NCBI GenBank assembly: GCA_043808015.1 | Contig: JAZDFI010000018.1 | Location: 1 to 31,546, forward strand | Direction of reading: 5' to 3' | DNA length: 31,546 nucleotides | Source of the DNA: Candidatus Aenigmatarchaeota archaeon | GTDB taxonomy: Archaea > Aenigmatarchaeota > Aenigmatarchaeia > QMZP01 > QMZT01 | Part shown: positions 1 to 9,011 of the stretch, in pieces | How the letters are laid out: every line of letters begins with the position of its first letter | Numbering within the stretch: position 1 is the stretch's first letter | Made by a program: the position numbers and the translations under genes | Notes under the pieces: generated by a model | Seen by the model: the letters and a program-made list of their open reading frames with translations, nothing else | What the model was told of the DNA's origin: nothing | Database searches by the model: none

Positions 1-2
1 AG

Positions 3-2420
3 GAATTCCTCGGCAATAAACAGGGAGATATGGAAGTGAATATCAAAAACAAAAAAGGCGAGATAAGAACTTTGATTATTTCCTCGGCCTCTAACCCAGT
101 CCACAAAGACGGAAAAGTGATAGGGACGCTTGTGAACGCCAGGGACATCACCGAACGCAAGAATGCGGATGACGCCATTAAGAGCTCAGAGGAGCGGTTC
201 AGGACGATATTCGAATACGCGCCCGACGCGATTTACATCAATGACATGGACGGCAGGCTGATGGATGGCAACAAAAAGGCTGAGGAAATGATGGGGCGCA
301 AAAGGGAAGAGCTGATTGGCAAGAATTTTGTGCAAATGGGAATGCTGCCGAAAAGCCAGATACCGAAGGCCATTTCACTGCTCGCCAGAAACAAGCTAGG
401 CAGGTCGACCGGACCTGACGATTTCACACTCATAAGTAAAAACGGGGGAAAGATTGACGTCGACATAAGCACCTACCCGGTAAACATCGACGGCAAAAAG
501 ATGGTCATGGGCATAGCCAGGGACGCAAGCTACCGCAAGCTTAAGGAAAACATGCTGGTTGAAAGCGGCAGGAACCTGGAAAGCGCGGTGAAAGGCAGCT
601 CTGTGGCGACTTTTGTCATAGACAAAAACCACAAAGTGATTTACTGGAACATGGCATGCGAAAACCTCACGGGCATCGCGGCCGATAAGGTTGTGGGCAC
701 GGACAAACACTGGTCGGCTTTCTACGGGAAAAAGAGGCCGGTGATGGCCGATATCATAGTTGACGGTTCAAAGACCGAACACTTTGAAAAATATTACAAA
801 AACATGTACAAAAAATCCCCGCTTCTGGAAAACGCTTTCGAATCCGAGAGGTTTTTCCCTGAACTGGGAAAGGGCGGGAAATGGATTTTCTTCACCGCGG
901 CGCCTCTGAATGACAAAGAAGGCAATATAACGGGAGCGATAGAAACCCTGCAGGACATAAGCGAACGTAAAATGCTGGAACGAGAGAAGGAAAAAACTTT
1001 CGATTTCATGAAAAAATACCAGGCCGCTATAATTAAAATCTCGACATCGGAAAACTTGTTCAGCGGTAACATAAACGAAATTGATAAGGAAATAACGGAA
1101 ACCTTGGCAAAAACAATAGATGTCGGGAGGGCCAGCATCTGGCTGATTGACAAACAAGAAAATGCGCTCAAATGCGTAGACCTTTATGATAAAACGAAAG
1201 ACGTCCACTCCAAAGGCATAGCGCTTAAAACAGCCAAATACCCGAGATACTTCAAGGCGCTTTCCGTTGGAAGGGCTATAGACGCGGAAGACGCTGCCAG
1301 CGACCCGAGAACCAGCGAATTCGCCAGGGGTTATTTTGATGTCATCGGCATATCATCGACTCTCGACGCTCCGATACGCATTGCAGGTAAAACCTCAGGC
1401 GTAATATGCGCTGAGCACGTGGGAGAAAAACGCAAATGGCTAAGCGAAGAGATAAATTTCGTGGCACAGTTGGCTGACCAGGCCGCGCAAGCCGTCCTTA
1501 ATTACGAAAGATATAAGGCAGAAGAGGAGTCGCAGAAGCTCGCATCCGTAGTGATGAACAGCAACGAGATGGTTAACCTCGCCACTCCGGACGGGAAGAT
1601 GATATTCCTCAACCAATCAGGCATGAAGATGCTCGGTATAAATGAAAAGGACATCCAAAAAACCAGCATATTGCAGGTCATACCTGAAAGCTGCATGAAA
1701 ACCGTCCGTGAAGAGCTTCTGCCGTCGCTTATGGCCGGACGCACGTGGACCGGGGATTTGCAGTATCTGAACCTGAAAACCGGCATGACCACAGATGTCC
1801 ATGCAATGACATTCCCGATAAAGGACAAAAAAACAGGGAAGATTCTTTATTTTGCCAACGTTTCCTTGGACATAAACGAAAGAAAGATGTTAGAAAATCA
1901 GATGAAAACCGAGAAGGAGAAGATCGAAGAATACCTCAAGATAGTGGGAAGCGTTGTGTTGGCGCTTGACGTCAATGGCAATATAACAATGATTAACAAG
2001 AAAGGCAATGATCTGCTCGGCTACAGGGAAGGAGAATTAATAGGGAAAAACTGGTTCAAGACCTGCCTCACCAAAGAAAAAAGGCAGGGGGTTGCCGAAG
2101 TTTTCAAAAAAATAATATCAGGGGAAATGAAATCCACTGAAATTTTCGAGAATGACGTGCTGACAAAAAATGGCGATACGAAAACCATCCTCTGGCACAA
2201 CGCGGACATCAAAGACTCTTCCGGAAAAATAACGGGATCGCTCAGCTCAGGCGACGACGTTACGGAACGCGAAAAAGCGGAAATGATATTGAAAGAAAGA
2301 ACCGAGGAGCTCGAACGTTTCAACCGGCTCGCCGTCGGCAGAGAGCTGAAGATGGTCGAACTGAAAAACAGGATAGAAGCGCTGGAGAAAAAGCTCGGGG
2401 GGAGTAAGGAACAAAAATAA
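3..2420 (+). CDS. Multi-PAS/PAC + GAF cytoplasmic sensor, no kinase domain, conserved C-terminal coiled-coil tail (5' truncated by window)
   Basis: Frame is open from base 3 (EFLGNKQGD-M at 30) and begins mid-PAS. Repeated PAC ends (RDITERK, QDISERK, LDINERK, DDVTERE), a GAF domain (ASIWL...LDAPIRIAGKTSGVICAEH) and no HisKA/HATPase. Ends ELERFNRLAVGRELKMVELK. Confidence 0.9.
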   Translation, partial: EFLGNKQGDMEVNIKNKKGEIRTLIISSASNPVHKDGKVIGTLVNARDITERKNADDAIKSSEERFRTIFEYAPDAIYINDMDGRLMDGNKKAEEMMGRKREELIGKNFVQMGMLPKSQIPKAISLLARNKLGRSTGPDDFTLISKNGGKIDVDISTYPVNIDGKKMVMGIARDASYRKLKENMLVESGRNLESAVKGSSVATFVIDKNHKVIYWNMACENLTGIAADKVVGTDKHWSAFYGKKRPVMADIIVDGSKTEHFEKYYKNMYKKSPLLENAFESERFFPELGKGGKWIFFTAAPLNDKEGNITGAIETLQDISERKMLEREKEKTFDFMKKYQAAIIKISTSENLFSGNINEIDKEITETLAKTIDVGRASIWLIDKQENALKCVDLYDKTKDVHSKGIALKTAKYPRYFKALSVGRAIDAEDAASDPRTSEFARGYFDVIGISSTLDAPIRIAGKTSGVICAEHVGEKRKWLSEEINFVAQLADQAAQAVLNYERYKAEEESQKLASVVMNSNEMVNLATPDGKMIFLNQSGMKMLGINEKDIQKTSILQVIPESCMKTVREELLPSLMAGRTWTGDLQYLNLKTGMTTDVHAMTFPIKDKKTGKILYFANVSLDINERKMLENQMKTEKEKIEEYLKIVGSVVLALDVNGNITMINKKGNDLLGYREGELIGKNWFKTCLTKEKRQGVAEVFKKIISGEMKSTEIFENDVLTKNGDTKTILWHNADIKDSSGKITGSLSSGDDVTEREKAEMILKERTEELERFNRLAVGRELKMVELKNRIEALEKKLGGSKEQK

Positions 2421-2471
2421 TATTTTCAGATTGGAATTGTGTTAAAATGAAAGGGGAGCTGGTGATGTAAT

Positions 2472-4028
2472 ATGAAAAAATATCTGTTATGTGGTTTGTG
2501 CATTCTGGCAATTATAGCCCTCTCTGGATGCGTGTCTAACACGAACGAAAACGCGCAAAGCAAAGTCGAGAGGGACATAGTCATAATAGGCACGAAGGCC
2601 GGCATATTCGGCTTCCAGCCATGGATGACTAATTACGAAACATCCACGATGTCCGTGAATTTCAACATCTTCGACGGCCTGGTGGAATTCGACAAGAACT
2701 ATAAAATAACGCCGGCGCTGGCCACCAACTGGGAGAACCCGAACGACCTGACGTGGAGGTTCCACATGCGCAAGGGCGTGAAATTCCACAACGGCTATGA
2801 CTTCAGGGCAGAAGACGTGAAATACACGCTGGAGCTATTAAAAAACGACCCGGGCAGCGTTTTAAAAGACCTGCTGACCGGCATCGACAGAATTGAAGTC
2901 GTCGACGAATACACAGTCGACGTGATAACGAAGGAGCCATATCCCATACTCCTCAACAAGCTGGCCGACTGCTACATCGTTTCAAAGAAATACCAGGAGG
3001 AAGCGACAGACCATACGCCAGTCGGAACCGGGTGCTACAAGCTCGCGGAATACGTTGAGGGGGACCACATAACGCTCGAGGCGTTTGACGGATGCTGGAG
3101 AACGACGCCGAAGATAAATAAAGCCATATTCAAGGTGATAGAGAACGACGACGACAGGGTCAACTCGCTTATAAGCGGTCAGATAGACATAGCTGAAAGC
3201 GTTCCTGTGGGCAGGACTGACGAACTGAAATATAACCAGGCGACGAGGGTCATATACGCACCCAGCACGAGGATAATCTACCTGAGCTTCGACTTCCGTA
3301 AGGAGAACAGCTACGGTTACGGCACAGGCAAAAACCCGACTTCAGATGTGCGCGTGAGGAAGGCGATGTATTACGCCATAGACGAGGACATGATACTCAG
3401 CGAAATAATGAAAGGCCTGGGCCAGCCGGCATCGCAGTTCGTTCCACCTTCCATATTCGGCTACGACCCTGCGATCAAGAGACTGTCTTATGATCTGGAC
3501 GAGGCAAAAAGGCTCATTGCAGAAGCCGGCTATGAAAACGGTTTCAACATAACGCTGGAATGCCCCAACAACAGGTACGTCAACGACGAAGCAGTATGCA
3601 ACGAAATCGGCCGCCAGCTCGCGCAGATAAACATAAACGTCAATGTGAATGCGAGGCCTAAGGCCGAATATTTCCCGAAGGTGCTCTCCAGAAACACGTC
3701 GTTCTACATGCTCGGATGGGCAACCGACACGGCCGACGGCGGGGAGATATTCGATTTCCTGATAAGGACGGTCGACGACAAGAACGGCGTCGGCGGCTAT
3801 AACAACGGCTATTATTCGAATCCCGATGTCGACAGGCTCGGCGTGGAGAGCTCACGAACCATAAATCCAGAGGCAAGGCTCAGCATCATGCACGAGGGCT
3901 TTGAAATCGCCATGGAAGACGTCGCCTGGATACCGCTCCACACAGAAAACCTGATATACGGCACGAAATCCGACCTCACGTGGGAGCCAAGGTCCGACGT
4001 GAAAATAAAGCTGGAGAGCATATCCTGA
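2472..4028 (+). CDS. ABC-type solute-binding lipoprotein, family 5 (DppA/OppA-like)
   Basis: Lipobox-like LSGC signal; PALATNWE, WRFHMRKGVKFHNG, PVGTGCYKL and DVRVRKAMYYAID motifs; GGTGAT SD upstream. Confidence 0.92.
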   Translation: MKKYLLCGLCILAIIALSGCVSNTNENAQSKVERDIVIIGTKAGIFGFQPWMTNYETSTMSVNFNIFDGLVEFDKNYKITPALATNWENPNDLTWRFHMRKGVKFHNGYDFRAEDVKYTLELLKNDPGSVLKDLLTGIDRIEVVDEYTVDVITKEPYPILLNKLADCYIVSKKYQEEATDHTPVGTGCYKLAEYVEGDHITLEAFDGCWRTTPKINKAIFKVIENDDDRVNSLISGQIDIAESVPVGRTDELKYNQATRVIYAPSTRIIYLSFDFRKENSYGYGTGKNPTSDVRVRKAMYYAIDEDMILSEIMKGLGQPASQFVPPSIFGYDPAIKRLSYDLDEAKRLIAEAGYENGFNITLECPNNRYVNDEAVCNEIGRQLAQININVNVNARPKAEYFPKVLSRNTSFYMLGWATDTADGGEIFDFLIRTVDDKNGVGGYNNGYYSNPDVDRLGVESSRTINPEARLSIMHEGFEIAMEDVAWIPLHTENLIYGTKSDLTWEPRSDVKIKLESIS

Positions 4029-4065
4029 AATCCGCGTGAATTGAAAATAAGGTACGATAAGTGGA

Positions 4066-5013
4066 ATGATAAAAATAAACAGCATCAGCTTCAAGGTCAC
4101 GGCGTTCTTGATAGTCCTGTTTATAATCACATTTGCAGTCGTAGGATACGTGATTGTGAACAGGGAAATCGAGACCAGAAAGTCATCCATGCTTTCCGAG
4201 TCGCGGTCCTTCTCGTATCTCAGCGTTGAAAATATAATGAAAAACTACATGATATACTACGAGTCGGGATTCTACAAATACAGGGAACTCGTCGGGATTG
4301 TAATGGCCCTTAACCCAAATCTCGACAAAATACAGATATTGGATTATGATGGCATGATACTGTTCGATTCAGACGAAATAAAAGAAGGCAAATACCAAGG
4401 AAAATTGGAAAGGGTTTTGAATGATGAAAATATCATCAGCAGAATAAGAAAACTGGAACCGTCAGTGGGAAACACAGCATTAGGCGGTAAAGAATACATG
4501 GACATAATCCAGCCTTACATCGAGGAATGGGGAAGGCACCAGTATTCGGTAAGGTATTATTTCTCCTACAAAATCCTTCAGAACGATATCGCCACCATAA
4601 TCACAGAAATAATGGCAGGTCTCATAGCGTCCTTCGTGGTTGTGACCGTAAGTTTCTACATTTTCACCAGGAAGGTGATAATAAAGCCTCTGATTAAAAT
4701 AGCTTCCGGATTCACTTCACTACGCCTGGGAAAGCTGGAAAAGATCGATATAAAATCAAAAGACGAGATTGGCTACGTCGCAGCGAACTTCAACAGCACC
4801 GCGGAAGAGCTCTACAAATCGAGAATCGCCATAGAGGAGCACAGCAAGACGCTGGAAAAAGACGTCGAAGAGAGAACAAGACAGCTCGAGGGGAAGGTGA
4901 GCCAGCTTGAGAGGTTCAGCAAGCTGGTCATAGGCAGGGAGCTGAAGATGGTGGAGATGAAGAAGAAATTAAAGGAAATGGAAGATAAAATGAAAAGTAA
5001 TGGGCAGAAATAA
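4066..5013 (+). CDS. Membrane sensor: 2 TM + extracellular (Cache-like) domain + HAMP + conserved tail; no kinase
   Basis: Two hydrophobic segments flank an extracellular region; HAMP signature IIKPL...SKDEIGYVAANFN; S-helix-like VEERTRQL; ends QLERFSKLVIGRELKMVEMK. Confidence 0.88.
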   Translation: MIKINSISFKVTAFLIVLFIITFAVVGYVIVNREIETRKSSMLSESRSFSYLSVENIMKNYMIYYESGFYKYRELVGIVMALNPNLDKIQILDYDGMILFDSDEIKEGKYQGKLERVLNDENIISRIRKLEPSVGNTALGGKEYMDIIQPYIEEWGRHQYSVRYYFSYKILQNDIATIITEIMAGLIASFVVVTVSFYIFTRKVIIKPLIKIASGFTSLRLGKLEKIDIKSKDEIGYVAANFNSTAEELYKSRIAIEEHSKTLEKDVEERTRQLEGKVSQLERFSKLVIGRELKMVEMKKKLKEMEDKMKSNGQK

Positions 5014-5037
5014 TATTTTCAGGATGGAGGAGATGTT

Positions 5038-5808
5038 ATGAATAAATTTTTGATTGCAGCGATGTGCATTTTGATAGTTGTAGGATTTTCCGGATGCACG
5101 CAGACAGGCGTGAATAGCGGCGGTTCCGCGTTAAAACTTAAAGAGCCGGGCAAACTTATCATAGGCACGAATTTGCCGTACGAGCCGATGGAGTTCTACG
5201 ACGCTTCGGAAAACATAGTAGGCATCGACGCGGATGTTGCAAGAGAAATCGCTGCGCAGCTTGGCCTGGAGCCGGAAATAAGAAATGTTGACTGGGATCT
5301 GCTGTTCGAACAGGTGAAATCAGGCGACCTGGATATTATAATCTCATCCATATCCATAACGAGCGAAAGGCAGAGGGAATATCTTTTTAGTACGCCATAT
5401 TTCAACGCAGGCCAGGTGGTTATCACCAGAAAGGACAATACCGACATCAAATTCCCGGAGGACCTCAAAAACAAGAAAGTGAGCGCCCAGAAAGACACGA
5501 CAAGCGCTGAAGAGGCTGCAAAATACTCGAACAGCTCTACCGTGTACGAAAACTCCGATTACGAAAAAACTGTTGCTGACATTAAAAACGGAAATTTAGA
5601 CGCAATTGTTATGGATTATGTTGCCGGCATCATGCTGGTGAAGAATGACCAGTCACTCAAAATAGCCGTGGAACCTTTCACCCAGGAGTTTTACGGCATA
5701 GCCACGAAACTGGACAACACGGCGCTCATAGACGAAGTGAACAGAGTGCTCAGGGGTATGAAGAGTACGGGAAAGTTGGAAGAGGTAAAAAATAAGTGGC
5801 TCGGTTAA
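5038..5808 (+). CDS. Amino-acid ABC solute-binding lipoprotein, family 3
   Basis: FSGC lipobox; YEPMEF, GIDADVAREIA, SITSERQ, FSTPYF and C-terminal KWLG motifs; GGAGG SD upstream. Confidence 0.92.
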   Translation: MNKFLIAAMCILIVVGFSGCTQTGVNSGGSALKLKEPGKLIIGTNLPYEPMEFYDASENIVGIDADVAREIAAQLGLEPEIRNVDWDLLFEQVKSGDLDIIISSISITSERQREYLFSTPYFNAGQVVITRKDNTDIKFPEDLKNKKVSAQKDTTSAEEAAKYSNSSTVYENSDYEKTVADIKNGNLDAIVMDYVAGIMLVKNDQSLKIAVEPFTQEFYGIATKLDNTALIDEVNRVLRGMKSTGKLEEVKNKWLG

Positions 5809-7499
5809 TGAAAATAAACATATCGTTTAAGATAATCGGGGTAGTTGTTGTGCTTTTTTTACTAGTTTTTATAGTCATCGCTTACAACAACATCGTAATA
5901 TATGAGAACGACGTGACAGGCTATTTCATAGATAAATCCAAAGCCATTGCGTATTCCATAGAAGCTGGTTTAAAGGATAGGGAGAGTTTGAACAAAAAGG
6001 ATGAGCTAATGTCCACCATACATAAAATCATGTGGCTTAATTCTGAAATTACAGATATAACATACGTCACGCAGAGCGAAAGCGGGCTGATAAATTATAT
6101 ATCAAACGACCCAAAAAAAATCGGCGTCAATCCCGACCCTGAAAATTATGAAGCATACGAAAAGGACATCATGATAAGCGAGATTTATACCGGAAGAACT
6201 TCGGATATGCTTAAAATCGTATCACCTCTTCATGTTTCTGGCCAGGTCGTCGGTACAGTGCAGGTGGATTTTACCATGGAAAACATCAACAATGACATAT
6301 CAGCCGTGAGAAACACCCTCATCATGGGTTATATGGCGCTAATGCTCATTTCCATTGCTGCGCTGTTCTTTTTACTGAGGATTATAGTCATAAAACCGAT
6401 TCAAAAAATAAACAAAGGCGTTGAAACATTATCGTCCGGCAAAATGGATTACAACGTTGATATAAAATCCAAGGACGAAATAGGCAGTTTGTCAAAGGCA
6501 TTCAATGAGATGGTAAACGAGCTCAAGCAATCCAACAACCAGATAAAAATGCATGAGCATGACCTAGAGGAAAAGGTAGAAGAAAGGACCAAGGACCTTG
6601 ACGTCAAAGTGGGCGAGCTCACTGACACGAAGACTGCCATTTTAAACATGATGGAAGACATGGACGATGCCAACAGGAACCTTATGAAGATGCAGGACGA
6701 GCTTAGAATGAGCCTCAAGGAGCTGAAGGAAAGCGACATAAAAAAGGACGAATTCATCTCGATAGCGGCTCACGAGCTCAAGACGCCGCTCACCTCGATA
6801 CACGGCTTCGCGCAGCTGCTGCAGAACAAGGACGTCATAGAGAACAAGGAGAAGAGGGGAAAATACCTGGGCATAATGGATCATGAGACCACGCGCCTGG
6901 CGAAGCTCGTGACTGACATACTTGATCTTTCAAGAATCGACCTCGGCACGCTTAAACTGGCGATAGAAGAGGTCGACGTTTCTGCGCTTTTGAGCGACGT
7001 GAGCAAGGAGCTCAGTTTCCAGATGAAGGACCATGGCCTCGATTCTGAATATATACTAGAAAAGAACCTGAAGATGATGACGGACAGGGAACGACTTACA
7101 CAAATAGTGATAAACCTCATAAACAACTCCATCAAATACACGCCGAAAGGCAAGATAACCGTGAAGGCATGGAAAGACGGCGATGACTTCCACTTCATGG
7201 TCAAGGACACGGGCGTGGGCATTCCCAAGGATAAACAGCACCACATATTCCAGAGGTTCTACCAGGTCGATTCGTCGTACACGCGGTCAGCCGGCGGCGT
7301 TGGACTGGGACTCTCGCTCTGCCAGGAATTCGTCAACGTGCTCGGGGGAAAGATATGGTTCGTGAGCCAGGAGGGTAAGGGAAGCGAGTTCCATGTCACC
7401 CTGCCCATGAAGAAAACTATCGCGCCCGGCATATTTGACGTGAAAGCAAAGGCTGCAGAAATTCTCAAGAAGTCCGAAAAAATCACTAAAGGAAAATAA
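5808..7499 (+). CDS. Membrane sensor histidine kinase (TM-sensor-TM-HAMP-HisKA-HATPase)
   Basis: H-box FISIAAHELKTPLT, N-box NLINNSIKYT, G1 DTGVGIP, F IFQRFYQ, G2 GVGLGL. ATG at 5808 overlaps the upstream stop (TAATG) and is preferred over GTG 5796. Confidence 0.95.
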   Translation: MKINISFKIIGVVVVLFLLVFIVIAYNNIVIYENDVTGYFIDKSKAIAYSIEAGLKDRESLNKKDELMSTIHKIMWLNSEITDITYVTQSESGLINYISNDPKKIGVNPDPENYEAYEKDIMISEIYTGRTSDMLKIVSPLHVSGQVVGTVQVDFTMENINNDISAVRNTLIMGYMALMLISIAALFFLLRIIVIKPIQKINKGVETLSSGKMDYNVDIKSKDEIGSLSKAFNEMVNELKQSNNQIKMHEHDLEEKVEERTKDLDVKVGELTDTKTAILNMMEDMDDANRNLMKMQDELRMSLKELKESDIKKDEFISIAAHELKTPLTSIHGFAQLLQNKDVIENKEKRGKYLGIMDHETTRLAKLVTDILDLSRIDLGTLKLAIEEVDVSALLSDVSKELSFQMKDHGLDSEYILEKNLKMMTDRERLTQIVINLINNSIKYTPKGKITVKAWKDGDDFHFMVKDTGVGIPKDKQHHIFQRFYQVDSSYTRSAGGVGLGLSLCQEFVNVLGGKIWFVSQEGKGSEFHVTLPMKKTIAPGIFDVKAKAAEILKKSEKITKGK

Positions 7500-7512
7500 G
7501 GGACGAGGCCGA

Positions 7513-8331
7513 CTAACTATTATCTTGTTTTTTGTCCGTTGCGCTTGCGCCGGCCTGTTTCGCGGCTTCAAAAAGCCTGGTAATGATCACTCTGTTATAT
7601 ATGAAACCGGTAGCCATCAGCATGTAGTTCGTGTTCCAAAGTATGTCTATAATGTTTCCGGTCTCATAACTGCCGAGAATATAAGAATATATTATATCAG
7701 CGCACGTGCTCAGCATCAACGCTAAAAATATTACAGACCATGGCCTGACGAATTTGCTGCCCCACAGGTAAGTCAGGCCGAAAGCCATTGAAATAAGCAG
7801 GCACATGTCTTCTGCAATGTATCCGGCTGAAGCCAATTTCTCCAGCAAAGGAGTTTCAGTATCTGCTGCAAATGGTGCAATAAGAAATATTGAAGCCGCC
7901 GCTATCGCTATCACAACGGGCAGCAATACCCACTTTTTTCTGCCGAGCTTCGATGACGAAAGCTTGCAGATGAAAAACATGCCGGCGATGAAAAACGCGT
8001 AGCCCGCATACCAGAAAATATCGGCTATCGACACGACTGGCTTGAAGTCAGTAAATATCTCCAGAACTCCCCATGTTATTTCACCCAGAGTCCAGAATGC
8101 CGTCCCTACCGCGATGAATAACATCGCTTTTCCCTGCTCGCTCTTGAAGCCATGTATCTTGAAGGCGAAAAAGCCGGCCAGAGTGGCCATTATCGCCAGC
8201 GCGGCCACCCACACATCGGCAACGATATAAAAGGAGTCGCCCAGCGGCTTCAATGTGTAAAGCGCCAGATTTATTACAAACAGAGCAGCGAGAATCGAAA
8301 GCCCGAAATATTTCATATTTTCTAATTTCAT
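7513..8331 (-). CDS. Polytopic membrane protein (~8 TM), resembles a stand-alone integral-membrane sensor domain
   Basis: Almost entirely hydrophobic helices; WTLGEITW...SIADIFWYAGY pattern recalls membrane sensor domains normally fused to GGDEF proteins or kinases; no cytoplasmic output. Confidence 0.7.
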   Translation of the reverse strand: MKLENMKYFGLSILAALFVINLALYTLKPLGDSFYIVADVWVAALAIMATLAGFFAFKIHGFKSEQGKAMLFIAVGTAFWTLGEITWGVLEIFTDFKPVVSIADIFWYAGYAFFIAGMFFICKLSSSKLGRKKWVLLPVVIAIAAASIFLIAPFAADTETPLLEKLASAGYIAEDMCLLISMAFGLTYLWGSKFVRPWSVIFLALMLSTCADIIYSYILGSYETGNIIDILWNTNYMLMATGFIYNRVIITRLFEAAKQAGASATDKKQDNS

Positions 8332-8347
8332 TTCAACAACACCATAT

Positions 8348-8548
8348 TCATTTGATATATTTCCTGTAAAGCGGGTCCATCTTTTTCTTGGCCGCGTCCG
8401 AGCCTATGAACTTCCCGAGAAAGTCGGTGCACTCGTCGAGGAAGTCCTTCGGGTATTTTTCAGGATTATCGAAATTTTTCAGCTGGTCGGATATTACAGA
8501 GCCTAGCATTTTGTCAAATAATGATTTAGCTTCGTCTTTCAGCGCCAT
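8348..8548 (-). CDS. Small (66 aa) helical hypothetical protein
   Basis: Fills the gap between receiver and membrane gene on the same strand. Start MALKDEAK at 8548 preferred; alternative start 8578 overlaps the receiver stop. Confidence 0.7.
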   Translation of the reverse strand: MALKDEAKSLFDKMLGSVISDQLKNFDNPEKYPKDFLDECTDFLGKFIGSDAAKKKMDPLYRKYIK

Positions 8549-8574
8549 GGTGTCAGCCTGAGCTATGAAATGGT

Positions 8575-8946
8575 TCATCCTATCATTTTCTTGACCCGCT
8601 TGACGAGGTCGTCGTTGTCGAAGGGTTTGTTTATGTAGTCAAGCACTTTCATTTCCTTGAGGATGTCCTTGCCGGCTTCGGAGAACTTGGCCACGGTCAG
8701 AAAAGCGATTTTCAGGCCCTTGGTCTTCGGGTCTTTCCTTATCTTGTCGCACACCTCGCGCCCGCTCATGCCGGGCATCATCATGTCCAGAAGTATGAGA
8801 TCCGGCGACATGGTTTTGAGCTTCTTCAGGCAATCCTCGCCATCCGATGCTGTGTTCACGGCATATCCTTCGTGCTCGAGCACTGCAGAAACAAGTTCCC
8901 TCAGGCTCTCCTCGTCGTCGACTACGAGAATCTTCTTTTTTGTCAT
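8575..8946 (-). CDS. Stand-alone response regulator receiver (CheY-like)
   Basis: ILVVDDE, phospho-Asp in LILLDMMMPGMSG, FLT, NKPF; TATA-like TTTTAATA about 25 nt upstream of ATG 8946. Confidence 0.95.
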   Translation of the reverse strand: MTKKKILVVDDEESLRELVSAVLEHEGYAVNTASDGEDCLKKLKTMSPDLILLDMMMPGMSGREVCDKIRKDPKTKGLKIAFLTVAKFSEAGKDILKEMKVLDYINKPFDNDDLVKRVKKMIG

Positions 8947-9011
8947 ATTTAACATATTACATCATCTCTTTATTAAAACTGTTAAATCCTGAGATAATCC
9001 TTGGGTGGCGT

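Noticed and set aside
8348-8548. 66-aa protein as RiPP precursor for the rSAM/SPASM enzyme
   Set aside because: Looks like a folded amphipathic helical domain, lies in the receiver operon on the other strand, and no RRE/PqqD, peptidase or exporter is present.
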